Source of the DNA: Patescibacteria group bacterium
GTDB taxonomy: Bacteria > Patescibacteriota > Minisyncoccia > UBA6257 > GWB1-50-10
Length of the DNA: 64,000 bases
Assembly: GCA_030018585.1 (NCBI GenBank)
Contig: JASEHZ010000001.1
Coordinates: 9,484 to 73,483, forward strand
Direction of reading: 5' to 3'
In this document: piece by piece, positions 47,662 to 57,845 of the stretch
Layout: each line of letters begins with the position of its first letter
Position numbering within the stretch: position 1 is the stretch's first letter
The notes under the pieces: generated by a model
The model's database searches: none
Told to the model about the DNA's origin: nothing
What the model saw: only the letters and a program-made list of their open reading frames with translations
Translations under genes and position numbers: made by a program

Positions 47662-50067
47662 ATGAATTTCAAAAAAATTAAAATTATTTTTTTAATTTTA
47701 AGCTTTTTATTTATTCCATTTAATTTTATTTTTGCTTATAACACCGAAACTCACGCTTATTTAACTAAAGAAATAATTGATTTTTATAATAGTAATTTTA
47801 AAACCGCTTCAATATCGAAGAATTTTGAAGACGATTTAATTAACGGTTCAAGACACGAGGATATTTTTCCTCGCTGGATGAATCATTTTTATGATCCGGT
47901 TTACGATCGCGGCTTATCAAGTATTATTTTAGGCAATTGGGAAAAATCAAAAGATTGGGCCGAAAACGAGAACAGCCAAAACAATATAATTTATAAGGTT
48001 TCTTATTTGCCAGGTTATTTGCTTGGTATTTTCGGGAAAAAAGAAGAACAAGATTATTCAGTTTTTACTTGGCAAAAAGCCATTGATTATTGGCTTGAGG
48101 GTAGGAAAGGCGAGGCTTTGTTTGTGCTCGGCCATATTTTGCATTTGATTGAAGATTCTTCAGTGCCGGATCATACGCGCAATGACGCCCATCCTAACGA
48201 CAGTCCTTATGAAAATTGGACCAAAAAATACATTCTAAAAAATCCCGACATTGGTTTAAAACAAAGGTTGCAAGGGAAAAATCCGATTTCATTTCCTAAT
48301 TTGGCAGAGTACTTTAATAGTTTGGCAAAATACGCGAATAATAATTTTTACAGCAAAGATACGATTGGTATAACCGGCGGTTATAAATTGCCGGATGTAG
48401 ATTATTTTAGCGTTGAGAGCGGAGTAAATTACGGCGTAAAAACCGATTTTGAATTCGGCGATTACCATTTAATCAAGACTCCCCAGAAAGCTTTGGGCGT
48501 AAGTTTTGATAACGAGGATTTTTTAAAAGACAATTTCGTTTTAAATGATTACTGGTCGCGGTTATCAACAAAAGCGGTTCAGCATGGCGCTGGTGTGGTA
48601 AATTTATTTTTTCAGGAAATTAGAAGGATTGAAGCGAGTAATATTGAAAGTAAAAATTCTTTTTTCGCGAACATTTACGAAGCATTAAAAAATCAAATCT
48701 CCGCGATTATTGAAATATTAAAAGATTCTAATAATGATGTTTCTGATAGCGTTTTGTCAATTGAAAAAATAATTGAAGAAATGAGAAAACAATCGGTAGC
48801 AAGCGAAGATGACGTTGAAGATCTAGAAGGGGTGGTTCAAGATTTTGGCGTGGCAGTAAACAAACCAATGATTTTGAACCGTGAAGTTCAAGAAAAACTT
48901 CAAAAAATATTAGCAAATTTAAATGATTTGGTGGATGAATTAAAATCATTTTCGTCTGTGAATAATTCCGGAAATCAAGATCATCCTGCGGCTCCGACGC
49001 TTGTTTTTGGCGGCGGCAGTCCGCCGGTTCAGGTTAGTGAAAATCAAGAAAACAGCGAGCAAAATCAAAATACCCCCAATGATTCTAATAGTTCTAGTAG
49101 TAGCAGTTCTGCACAATCTGAAATAGCAGAAACAGTGACATCAACTAGCAGCGCCGAAAATAGCAGCAGTATTTCAGCCGAAGCCTCAAGTACGCCGGTT
49201 GTTTATCCCAACTTGAACTTCAGCGCTATTTTTAATTCAAGCACCAAAGACATATTTTTCAGTTGGAATAGTTTGATTGATGCAAGCAGTTCAACTATTT
49301 TTATTGTCTATGAAATTTATGATATTTCGAGTTCTAGTGAAATGATTTTTGAAACTTCAAGTACAACTGAATTCAAAAAAGAAATAAATGAATTCGGTCG
49401 GGACTATAGTTTTTTGCTTAGCGTAGTTGATGGGGGTAATAATGAAGTAGCGTCGAGTTCGGCAACGGTTTCTGTGCCTGAAATTATTCTTGAACCCATT
49501 CTAACAACTTCAACCACAAGATTTTATATTGTTCAAACCGAACAAAATTCGTGGAGCAATATAATCGGCCGAGTCGCGATAAATTCTTTTGACCCGGATA
49601 GCGCAAGTTTCCAAAGTTTTATATTCCAAGAAGATTTTTCTTTTAATAAAGTTGTTCTTCGTTTTCAGTGCGGCGAGGGGTGCGGCGATACGGCTAATGT
49701 GCGTCTTGTAGTTTATAAAGACAGTGGAAATAATGCGCCGGATTTTAGCAATCTGCTTGGTGTCGCGTTTCATTATTTTGATTGGAATGATATTCATCCC
49801 GCGCCGGATCAAGATATTTCTTTTTTATTTGCCGCGCCAATCAGAGCAGAAAAAGAAAATCGTTATTGGTTTTTATTGGACGTGGCAAATTACTCTGACG
49901 CGCGGGCGTATTTCAGGGAAAGAGGAAGCGATTGGCGGAATGCCTTAATGAAAGGCGTTGATGTTTATGAATGGGGGGGGCGGGCGTTGGTTCCGGGCCG
50001 GGCATGGGTTCTGGTTCTGCTAGTTTTGGCGGATTTTATTCTGACGGTCCGGCTGACTGGTATATGA
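47662..50067 (+). CDS. Large secreted protein with N-terminal zinc-dependent phospholipase C / S1-P1 nuclease-like domain, Ser-rich linker and C-terminal beta-rich domains
   Basis: Signal peptide; His-rich metal motifs HAYLTKEI... and GHILHLIEDSSVPDHTRND; low-complexity SSSSSS tract; 801 aa. Confidence 0.5.
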   Translation: MNFKKIKIIFLILSFLFIPFNFIFAYNTETHAYLTKEIIDFYNSNFKTASISKNFEDDLINGSRHEDIFPRWMNHFYDPVYDRGLSSIILGNWEKSKDWAENENSQNNIIYKVSYLPGYLLGIFGKKEEQDYSVFTWQKAIDYWLEGRKGEALFVLGHILHLIEDSSVPDHTRNDAHPNDSPYENWTKKYILKNPDIGLKQRLQGKNPISFPNLAEYFNSLAKYANNNFYSKDTIGITGGYKLPDVDYFSVESGVNYGVKTDFEFGDYHLIKTPQKALGVSFDNEDFLKDNFVLNDYWSRLSTKAVQHGAGVVNLFFQEIRRIEASNIESKNSFFANIYEALKNQISAIIEILKDSNNDVSDSVLSIEKIIEEMRKQSVASEDDVEDLEGVVQDFGVAVNKPMILNREVQEKLQKILANLNDLVDELKSFSSVNNSGNQDHPAAPTLVFGGGSPPVQVSENQENSEQNQNTPNDSNSSSSSSSAQSEIAETVTSTSSAENSSSISAEASSTPVVYPNLNFSAIFNSSTKDIFFSWNSLIDASSSTIFIVYEIYDISSSSEMIFETSSTTEFKKEINEFGRDYSFLLSVVDGGNNEVASSSATVSVPEIILEPILTTSTTRFYIVQTEQNSWSNIIGRVAINSFDPDSASFQSFIFQEDFSFNKVVLRFQCGEGCGDTANVRLVVYKDSGNNAPDFSNLLGVAFHYFDWNDIHPAPDQDISFLFAAPIRAEKENRYWFLLDVANYSDARAYFRERGSDWRNALMKGVDVYEWGGRALVPGRAWVLVLLVLADFILTVRLTGI

Positions 50068-50156
50068 AAATCGGTTTGGAAGAATAACTTAAAAATTCGC
50101 TAAAATTTAGGCTATTGACAAACGAACATTAGTTATGTTTAACTGTATAAACTTTA

Positions 50157-50188
50157 AAAGCCCCGAAATTTCATCGGGGCTTTATAAT
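50157..50188. terminator. Bidirectional terminator AAAGCCCCGA-AATTTCA-TCGGGGCTTT
   Basis: 10-bp stem flanked by A- and T-runs between convergent genes. Confidence 0.6.
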
Positions 50189-50196
50189 TTGAAAAA

Positions 50197-50628
50197 TTAA
50201 CATTGATGAGCAGAACTCTCATATACAAAGATCAAGGAACCATCTTCGCGTTGGAAGGTTATCCATTCGTGTTCGTGTTCTTCTGCGTCTTCTTTTGCTT
50301 CTTTTTTAAGAATACTAGGCATGTAAGTTGTGCGTCGAGTAATAAAAGTGCAGTTCGGAATAATAATATTGCATTTTTTTTCATCAGTTGATAAACCAAG
50401 ATTTATTAAATCACCACGTTCCAGGTTTATAAGTTTACCGCTCAGTTTTTTATTTTTTTCTGGTCGCGGTAAAGGCTTTTCCGAAACTATTAATGTTGAA
50501 GTCATGTTTTGTTTTTGAGTTGAACCAAGTTTGAGAAATTTTCCGGTTTCGTTGAATATTTCAAGATTAAACATTCGGCTGTAAAAATACATTCCGCGCA
50601 TAGTTTTGATTTTCTTTATCTTTTTCAT
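50197..50628 (-). CDS. Hypothetical protein
   Basis: 143-aa ORF. Confidence 0.35.
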   Translation of the reverse strand: MKKIKKIKTMRGMYFYSRMFNLEIFNETGKFLKLGSTQKQNMTSTLIVSEKPLPRPEKNKKLSGKLINLERGDLINLGLSTDEKKCNIIIPNCTFITRRTTYMPSILKKEAKEDAEEHEHEWITFQREDGSLIFVYESSAHQC

Positions 50629-50644
50629 TTTTATTCCTTTCGTT

Positions 50645-51640
50645 TTATTTATTGAACATTCCGCTAATCGCGCTTAAAGATTGATTAGTATGATTTCGGT
50701 AAATTGCTTCGCCGATTAGTTCGCCAACTGAAGTAACCGTAATTAATTCTTTGGGCAGATTGTCATTTTCATGGTTAATAGAATCGGTAATAAATACGTG
50801 TTTTACTTTCGCTTCAATAATATTTTCAATCGCCCCTTTGGCTAAAACGCCGTGAGTAGCGAAAATATAACCAGTATTTTTTTCTGCGCCTTTTTCATAA
50901 AGCTTAAACATAACCCCTTTTAAGGTATTTGCCGTATCGATAATGTCTTCGAAAATGCCCGGTATTTTTCCGAGAATGTATCCAACAATATCTTTTATAT
51001 ATGCTTGATCATCTTTATCTCGACGTTTATCAGCAAAAGCTAAATTTTCAGATTCAAGTCTTTTAGCAAAAATGCTTGCTAATTTTAAAGCACCAGTATC
51101 TGGAGCAACGGGGATAAAGTTTGATAAATTTTCACCAAGCACTTCTTTTAGTTGTCGGATTATAATATCGGTTGGATAAATCAGATCAGTTGGAATATCA
51201 AAAGCAATTTGAATCTGTTGAAAATGAGGGTGAAGAATAATAACGTGTCGACGGGGAGCGCCAGTCATTGCTTGTTCAATTTCTTTCGCTACTTGTTTTG
51301 CGGTGATGTCAACGCGTGGTCTGTCTTTTCGATCTTGGCGCAAGCCGCCCATATAAGGCAGAACCGCTGTAACCGAGAAAGCCGAAGCGCCCGCTGCCGC
51401 GCCGAGTAAAAGTTTCAAGTATTTGAAATTTTCTTCTGGTTGATTTGTGGGTTGGACAACATATACGTCAGCGCCACGAACATTTTCATTGATTTGTGGT
51501 AAGAATTCGCCATCACGAAATTTGTGATTTTTCCAGGTAGTCACTCGAAATGGTCGACCAGATAATTCAGTAATTCTTTTCTCTATCCCGCTTATTAGCG
51601 TTTCTGCGCAAGCTGGACCAGTAATAATAGAAAGTTCCAT
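50645..51640 (-). CDS. prs: Ribose-phosphate pyrophosphokinase (PRPP synthetase)
   Basis: N-terminal Pribosyltran_N pattern (DGEFLPQINENVRGADVYVVQ), PRPP-binding loop; 331 aa. Confidence 0.8.
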   Translation of the reverse strand: MELSIITGPACAETLISGIEKRITELSGRPFRVTTWKNHKFRDGEFLPQINENVRGADVYVVQPTNQPEENFKYLKLLLGAAAGASAFSVTAVLPYMGGLRQDRKDRPRVDITAKQVAKEIEQAMTGAPRRHVIILHPHFQQIQIAFDIPTDLIYPTDIIIRQLKEVLGENLSNFIPVAPDTGALKLASIFAKRLESENLAFADKRRDKDDQAYIKDIVGYILGKIPGIFEDIIDTANTLKGVMFKLYEKGAEKNTGYIFATHGVLAKGAIENIIEAKVKHVFITDSINHENDNLPKELITVTSVGELIGEAIYRNHTNQSLSAISGMFNK

Positions 51641-51778
51641 TATTTTTCCTTGTACGAATATTTATTATTTAAAGATTCTGCATTTAGTATGAACTTTCAA
51701 AATTATGTTTGTTTGTCAAGTTTTTATTTTTTATTTATTGCACGCTTCACTCGATAAGCTATAATTAAATTAATTGTT

Positions 51779-51902
51779 ATGAATCCCGTTAGAGACAACA
51801 ATGCCATGATTTTCAAAACAAATCTTGTTATATATCAGAAAAAGTCGATAGCAGTTAAAACGGCTGATTTACGGTCGCCTTGGGCGACCTGTCTCTAACG
51901 GG
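51779..51902 (+). repeat. ATG-flanked palindromic leader element, copy 4
   Basis: ATGAATCCCGTTAGAGACAAC...inner hairpin GGTCGCC-TTG-GGCGACC-TGTCTCTAACGGG then ATG of eno; arms show compensatory AAGC/GCTT to AGAC/GTCT change. Confidence 0.7.
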
Positions 51903-53102
51903 ATGAAAATAAAAGACATAATTTTACGTGAGGTTTTTGATTCTCGAGGTGAATCTGTGTTGGAAGTGGGCATCGAAGATTATTTGGGGCATAAATTTAT
52001 TGCTCAAAATCCTTATGGTGCAAGCCGGGGCAGTAATGAAGCCTCAGTTTTTTCCTGTGAGCGGGCAAAAAAGATTTTAAATGGCGGCTTGGCGAGAGAA
52101 ATTATTAAAAAAAATTTTGGATCAGTTAGAAATTTTGATCATATTCTTTTTAATTTTGACGGCACGGCTCGGAAAGAAAAAATTGGCGGGAATTTAGCGC
52201 TCGGTCTTTCGGTTGCATTTGCGCGTGGGCTGGCTTATGAACGGGGGCAATTATTATGGGAGCTTTTAAACGAGGAATTTTTTTTCAGTCGGCCCTTTCG
52301 CAGTTATCCTTTAATTTTTTCTAATTTAATTAATGGCGGTGCTCACGCTGATAATAATCTTGATTTTCAGGAATATATAGTGATTGTGAAAATCACCGGT
52401 TCGGTTAAAGATACTATAGAAAAACTTATTGATTTTTATAAAAAATTAGGCATTCTTCTTAAGAAAAGGTTTAGCAAAAAAGAATTGGTTATTGGCGATG
52501 AAGGCGGTTATTCTTTGATGTTTGAAAATAATTTTGAACCAATTGATATTTTAGGCAATCTTATTGAAAAAGAGCGGCTTATGAGTAAGTATGGTTTGGG
52601 ATTGGATGCGGCGGCTTCGAATTTTTATAGCAACAGCCGTTACTCTTTTGAGGGCAAAAGGATTTCTAAAAAAGATCTGTACGAAAAATACCTTGAATAT
52701 TTTAGAAAATCCAAGTTTTTGTTTTCAATTGAAGATCCTTTTAATGAACGCGACATTCAGGATTTTAAAAATTTGAGCATTGAACTTTCTGACAAACTTA
52801 TAATTGGTGACGATTTGACGACCACCAACTCGGCAGCGATTTTGGCGCTTGCGAAGGAAAAAGCAATTAACGGTGTTATTATCAAACCTAATCAAATTGG
52901 CTCCGTGACGGAAAGCTGCGAAGCAATAAAAGTTGCTCATGAAAATGGCGTAAAATGTATTATTTCTCACCGATCAGGAGAAACCGAAGATAATTTTATT
53001 ATTAATCTTGCTCGAGCAAGCGGCGCCGAAGGCGTAAAAATTGGCGCTCCAGTTCGCGAAAGACTTTCTAAATTCAACGAGCTAATAAGAACTTATAATT
53101 AA
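51903..53102 (+). CDS. eno: Enolase (divergent, short)
   Basis: N-terminal DSRGESVLEV pattern and SHRSGETED signature; 399 aa. Confidence 0.75.
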   Translation: MKIKDIILREVFDSRGESVLEVGIEDYLGHKFIAQNPYGASRGSNEASVFSCERAKKILNGGLAREIIKKNFGSVRNFDHILFNFDGTARKEKIGGNLALGLSVAFARGLAYERGQLLWELLNEEFFFSRPFRSYPLIFSNLINGGAHADNNLDFQEYIVIVKITGSVKDTIEKLIDFYKKLGILLKKRFSKKELVIGDEGGYSLMFENNFEPIDILGNLIEKERLMSKYGLGLDAAASNFYSNSRYSFEGKRISKKDLYEKYLEYFRKSKFLFSIEDPFNERDIQDFKNLSIELSDKLIIGDDLTTTNSAAILALAKEKAINGVIIKPNQIGSVTESCEAIKVAHENGVKCIISHRSGETEDNFIINLARASGAEGVKIGAPVRERLSKFNELIRTYN

Positions 53103-53118
53103 ATTAAACATAAAATTT

Positions 53119-54684
53119 ATGATTAAAAAAACCAGCATTCTAAAAACGAAATTATTCTTATTTATTGGTATAGCAGTTATAATTATCGCGGCTTTTCTGG
53201 TCTTTAAATCTAATAATGATTCAGGACTTGAATTGATTACAGTGAAGCGGGGAGTGATAAGTCAGGAAGTTTCTGTGATAGGTAAGGTGAAAGCAATAGA
53301 AAAAGTTGATCTTAGTTTTGAACGAAACGGAACTATAAGCGAGGTAAATTCAAAAATCGGAGATAAGATTAATGTCGGCCAGAGTATTTTAAAATTGGAT
53401 ACAAGCGAACTTTTGGCAAAATTAAAATCCGCTGAAGCCGCTTTAGAAGCGGAGCGAGCGAAATTAAACGAGTTGAAAGCCGGTACAAGATTGGAAGAAA
53501 TAAAAGTGAAAGAATCAGAGCTTAAAAAAGCCGAACAGGATTTATCTAATTATTACAGCGACGTCATTGATGTTTTAAACGATGCTTACGCCAAAGCCGA
53601 TGATTCGGTAAGAAAGCAAACCGACGAATTTTTCTCAAATGACGAAGAATCAAATCCTCAACTTTCTTTTAAGACTATCAATTCTCAATTTGAAATTGAC
53701 GCTGAATCAGGCCGGCAGATTGCGAGCAAGGAATTAAATAATTGGAAAACCGAATTAAGCGATTTATCAATGATTAATTCTTCCCGAACGGATTTTGACC
53801 AAGGCCTTAAAAATGCGAAAAATTACCTTAATGCAATTCTTGATTTTTTGAATAAAACAACCAAGGCTTTAATTGATCAAATTAATTTAACTCAAGCTAG
53901 TTTTACGGCTTATTGGACAAGCTTGAACACGGCGCGCAACACTGTTGTGACAGCACTTACTAATATCAATAATCATGAGCAGTTAATTAGTGCGCAAATC
54001 ATTACGGTTCAGAAAACAGATAATGAGCTTAAATTAAAACTAGCCGGCGCCTTACCTGAACAAATTGCCGCTCAAGAAGCAAAAGTAAAACAAGCCGAAG
54101 CTGAAAAATTATCTATTCAAACCCAGATAAGAAAATCTGTTTTAAAATCACCCATAAACGGTACGGTTACAAAATTGGATTTGAAAGTTGGCGAAGTTAT
54201 TAGCTCCAACATAGTTTTGATATCGGTGGCGTCAGAGGACGGTTTGAAAATAGAAGCAAATGTTCCGGAAGTTGATATTGTAAAGGTAAAAATTGGCAAC
54301 AATGCTAAGGTGACGCTTGATGCTTATGGCAATGATATGGTTTTTAAAACTGCGGTCGCGGACATAGAGCCGGCCGAAACTATTATTGAAGGCGTAGCAA
54401 CATATAAAGTCATCCTTCAGTTTATTGAAAAGAATGAACAGATAAGGTCGGGGATGACGGCTAATATTGATATTTTAACCGAGAAGCGGGAAAATGTTTT
54501 AATTATTCCGCAAAAAGTTATTGTTTCTCAAAATGGAGATAAATTAGTGAAAGTTTTAGACGAAAATAACGAACAAAAAGAAGTAAAAATAAAAACCGGC
54601 ATCCGCGGTTCTGACGGTAATGTGGAAATTATTGAGGGATTGATTGAGGGAGATAAGATTATTGTTTCAAGCGGATTAAGATAA
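53119..54684 (+). CDS. HlyD/MacA-family periplasmic adaptor (membrane fusion protein)
   Basis: N-terminal TM, long coiled coil, beta-barrel/lipoyl-like C-terminal regions; 521 aa. Confidence 0.65.
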   Translation: MIKKTSILKTKLFLFIGIAVIIIAAFLVFKSNNDSGLELITVKRGVISQEVSVIGKVKAIEKVDLSFERNGTISEVNSKIGDKINVGQSILKLDTSELLAKLKSAEAALEAERAKLNELKAGTRLEEIKVKESELKKAEQDLSNYYSDVIDVLNDAYAKADDSVRKQTDEFFSNDEESNPQLSFKTINSQFEIDAESGRQIASKELNNWKTELSDLSMINSSRTDFDQGLKNAKNYLNAILDFLNKTTKALIDQINLTQASFTAYWTSLNTARNTVVTALTNINNHEQLISAQIITVQKTDNELKLKLAGALPEQIAAQEAKVKQAEAEKLSIQTQIRKSVLKSPINGTVTKLDLKVGEVISSNIVLISVASEDGLKIEANVPEVDIVKVKIGNNAKVTLDAYGNDMVFKTAVADIEPAETIIEGVATYKVILQFIEKNEQIRSGMTANIDILTEKRENVLIIPQKVIVSQNGDKLVKVLDENNEQKEVKIKTGIRGSDGNVEIIEGLIEGDKIIVSSGLR

Positions 54685-54687
54685 AAA

Positions 54688-55440
54688 ATGCAGATTTATA
54701 ATAAAGAACAATCCTTTGAATCTCCTTTAATTTTTGTTCGGGATCTTGAAAAAAAATATGTGAATGATGACGTGGAAACGCCCGCTTTGCAAGGCGTTTC
54801 TTTTACTATAAAAAGCGGCGAATTTGTGGCGATTATAGGGCCTTCTGGTTCTGGAAAATCAACCATTCTTCATCTTTTGGGTTTTCTTGATGCGCCGACT
54901 GGCGGCGAATACAAATTTGAGGGAAAATCCGCAAGCGATTATTCCGAAGAAGAAATCGCTTATATTCGTAATAAAAAAATGGGTTTTGTTTTTCAATCTT
55001 TTAATCTTTTGGCACGGACCACGGTTTTTGAAAACGTTAAATTACCATTGTTTTATTCGGATGTGCCGGAATCGAAATGGAATGAGAGAGCTTATCAAGC
55101 TATTGAAGCAGTAGGTCTTTCGCATCGTATTCATCATGAATCTTCGCAGCTTTCCGGCGGCGAAAAACAAAGAGTGGCTATTGCGCGGGCATTGGTTAAT
55201 GATCCGCAGATTATTTTTGCGGATGAACCAACGGGCAATCTTGATTCTAAATCAGGGCAGGTCGTAATGGATGTCATTGAGCATCTTTCAAGAAAACAAA
55301 AACGGACCGTGGTGCTTATTACTCATGAAACTTATACAGCGAATTATGCCGAAAGAATCATCACTATGCTTGACGGCAAAATTGTGAGTGATGGGAAAGT
55401 TGATGAGCGGCACAATACTTCCGATTCCTTTAAAAAGTAA
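54688..55440 (+). CDS. ABC transporter ATP-binding protein (MacB/LolD-like)
   Basis: Walker [10 protein letters not shown], signature [15 protein letters not shown], Walker [13 protein letters not shown]. Confidence 0.85.
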   Translation: MQIYNKEQSFESPLIFVRDLEKKYVNDDVETPALQGVSFTIKSGEFVAIIGPSGSGKSTILHLLGFLDAPTGGEYKFEGKSASDYSEEEIAYIRNKKMGFVFQSFNLLARTTVFENVKLPLFYSDVPESKWNERAYQAIEAVGLSHRIHHESSQLSGGEKQRVAIARALVNDPQIIFADEPTGNLDSKSGQVVMDVIEHLSRKQKRTVVLITHETYTANYAERIITMLDGKIVSDGKVDERHNTSDSFKK

Positions 55441-55452
55441 TTTTTTACGACA

Positions 55453-56691
55453 ATGACTTTAAAACATACTTTTAAAACTGCTATTACTGGTCTTAAAACG
55501 CATCGATTGCGTTCCAGTCTTACCATTCTCGGTATTGTAATAGGCATTGCAGCGATTATTACCGTAATGGCTTTGGGTGAAGGAGCGCAAAATTTGATTT
55601 TAAGCCAGATTCAAAATATTGGCCCGAAACTTATTGCGGTCGTGCCTGGCCGTCAGCCCAAGGGGCCGACTGATATTTTTTCTTTATTTGCTGATTCACT
55701 CAAGCAGAGAGATTTAGAACTGATTAGCAGGAAGTCTAATGTTCCTCACGCTGATAAAATTATGCCGGTTGTTTTTGGCAATGAAAGTTTGGCTTTTACC
55801 AATGAAACTTATCGGGCGACAATTTTCGGCGTGACCGAACATTTTGCTAAAATTTACGACTTATATCCAGCGGAAGGAAGAATTTTTGGCGAAGATGAAA
55901 TAAAAAGCTACGCCAATGTAGTGATTATCGGTTTTAAGGTTAAAGACGAGCTTTTTGGGAATGATGAAGCGCTTGATCAGAAAATAAAAATAAAAGGAAG
56001 GAATTTTAAAGTAATCGGCATTTTGCCCAAAAAAGGGCAGTTTTCTTTTTTAAATTTTGACGAGACGGCAATTATTCCTTACTTAACAGCTCAGCAATAT
56101 ATTTTTGGCATCAAATATTTTCACCGGATTGCGGTTGAAGCCGATACCGAAGCTAACGTGGCAGAGACCGTTGAGGACATAAAAACAACGCTTAGAAATT
56201 CTCATAATATTACTGATCCGGAAAAAGACGATTTTTTCATAGAAACGCAAGTTGAGGCAATGGAAACGGTAAGCAGCGTGACTGATATTTTGACCATGTT
56301 TTTGGCAGCAGTGGCGGCTATTTCTCTTTTGGTCGGCGGCGTCGGCATTATGAATATTATGCTTGTTTCAGTAACCGAAAGAACAAGAGAGATTGGTTTG
56401 CGCAAAGCTATTGGCGCGACCGAAAAAAATATTTTGCTTCAATTTTTGCTGGAAGCAATGATTTTAACTGTTACCGGCGGCGTTATTGGGATTATTTTGG
56501 GCACAAGTTTTTCTTTTCTCGTTTCTTTTATCTTAAGTAAGGTCTTGGCTTTAAATTGGGCTTTTGTTTTTCCTATAGAAGGGGCGTTCTTTGGCTTAGT
56601 GGTGGCGGCTGGGGTCGGATTGATTTTTGGCCTTTATCCGGCACGCCAAGCGTCAAGAAAAAATCCTATTGATGCCTTGCGATATGAATGA
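55453..56691 (+). CDS. ABC transporter permease (MacB periplasmic domain + FtsX-like 4-TM)
   Basis: N-terminal TM, extracytoplasmic domain, C-terminal FtsX-like helices; 412 aa. Confidence 0.8.
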   Translation: MTLKHTFKTAITGLKTHRLRSSLTILGIVIGIAAIITVMALGEGAQNLILSQIQNIGPKLIAVVPGRQPKGPTDIFSLFADSLKQRDLELISRKSNVPHADKIMPVVFGNESLAFTNETYRATIFGVTEHFAKIYDLYPAEGRIFGEDEIKSYANVVIIGFKVKDELFGNDEALDQKIKIKGRNFKVIGILPKKGQFSFLNFDETAIIPYLTAQQYIFGIKYFHRIAVEADTEANVAETVEDIKTTLRNSHNITDPEKDDFFIETQVEAMETVSSVTDILTMFLAAVAAISLLVGGVGIMNIMLVSVTERTREIGLRKAIGATEKNILLQFLLEAMILTVTGGVIGIILGTSFSFLVSFILSKVLALNWAFVFPIEGAFFGLVVAAGVGLIFGLYPARQASRKNPIDALRYE

Positions 56692-56734
56692 TTTTTAGCT
56701 GGATATTCTGTAATTGTAAGTTAAAATAATAATC

Positions 56735-57073
56735 ATGATTTCTTTTGAAGATTTCAAAAAAATAGATTTGAAAATTGGGAAAGTTATGTTTGCTGAAAAA
56801 ATTTCCGGTTCTGACAAGCTTATCAAATTACAAATTGATTTGGGTGAAAAAGATGTTGGTGATAATTCTGGTTTAAGGCAAATTATAGCTGGTATTGGAA
56901 AATTTTATGAGCCAGAAAATCTCGTTGGTCGGGAAATTGTAGTGGTGGCAAATTTGGAACCGAGGATGCTTATGGGTTTTGAAAGTCGGGGTATGCTTTT
57001 AGCAGCAGAAGATGATGGTGTGGTACTTTTAAGGCCCGATAAAGAAATGTCGCCCGGAAGTTCAATCCACTAA
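56735..57073 (+). CDS. tRNA-binding domain protein (CsaA/Trbp111-like OB fold)
   Basis: DLKIGKV...GSDKLIKLQIDLGE...LVGREIVVVANLEP..LMGFESRGMLLAA. Confidence 0.7.
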   Translation: MISFEDFKKIDLKIGKVMFAEKISGSDKLIKLQIDLGEKDVGDNSGLRQIIAGIGKFYEPENLVGREIVVVANLEPRMLMGFESRGMLLAAEDDGVVLLRPDKEMSPGSSIH

Positions 57074-57080
57074 TTTAATT

Positions 57081-57758
57081 ATGGATTTTTTATTTGGTTC
57101 GTTTTTAACATGGTTGCCGTGGATTTTTTGGTGGTTAGTTTTTGTTATTATTGGATTTTTATATTTTTTTAGAAATAACAAAGAATTTATTTTAAACAAG
57201 TTGCCGAATTTTTTAAATTTTAATTTTTTAGTAAAAAGTTCGATCATTTTTCGAATTTTTTACGCGGCCCTTCTTACTTTTGGTCAATACTATATTTGGG
57301 CCCATGATTCATTCGGCAGAATTTTACTTAATTCACCGATAAAAGAATCTTTGCCCATATCTTTTATTTATCAGTTGCCGAAAATTTTTAATCAGCCGAT
57401 TGGCTATTTTTTTGTTTATTCTTGGGGGCGGTTTTGGCTTAACGTCATTGTTTCCATTGGCCTTGCTTTTCTTTTTTTATGGTTTTTGAAATTCTTGAAA
57501 AAAACCAAAGAAAGATTTTTTGAAGAAGGCGAAATTGAACTTGGGTTTTTGGGAATGTTGATTGTTGGTTGGCCGAATCAGTTGTTGTATATTGTTTTTG
57601 TCTTCGCGCTGGTTGTTGTTTTTTCAATTTTTCGTCAGCTTTTTCTTAAAAAACAATTAACGACTTTGGGCTGGCCGATTGTTTCTTCGGTTTTAATAAT
57701 ATTATTGTTTGGGAGTTGGCTTATTGAGTTTTTTTGTTTATCCTTATTTTTTGTTTGA
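57081..57758 (+). CDS. Polytopic membrane protein (weak resemblance to A24 prepilin peptidase)
   Basis: 225 aa, ~6 TM; GEIELGFLGMLIVGWP resembles PilD GDVKL..ALGAWLGW region. Confidence 0.3.
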   Translation: MDFLFGSFLTWLPWIFWWLVFVIIGFLYFFRNNKEFILNKLPNFLNFNFLVKSSIIFRIFYAALLTFGQYYIWAHDSFGRILLNSPIKESLPISFIYQLPKIFNQPIGYFFVYSWGRFWLNVIVSIGLAFLFLWFLKFLKKTKERFFEEGEIELGFLGMLIVGWPNQLLYIVFVFALVVVFSIFRQLFLKKQLTTLGWPIVSSVLIILLFGSWLIEFFCLSLFFV

Positions 57759-57845
57759 CGTTAATTAATTTGAATTGAACAGGTAAATAAATCTTTGTGC
57801 ATATTTTTGATTGGAACAACTTTATTTAAATGCTAAACTTATTAA

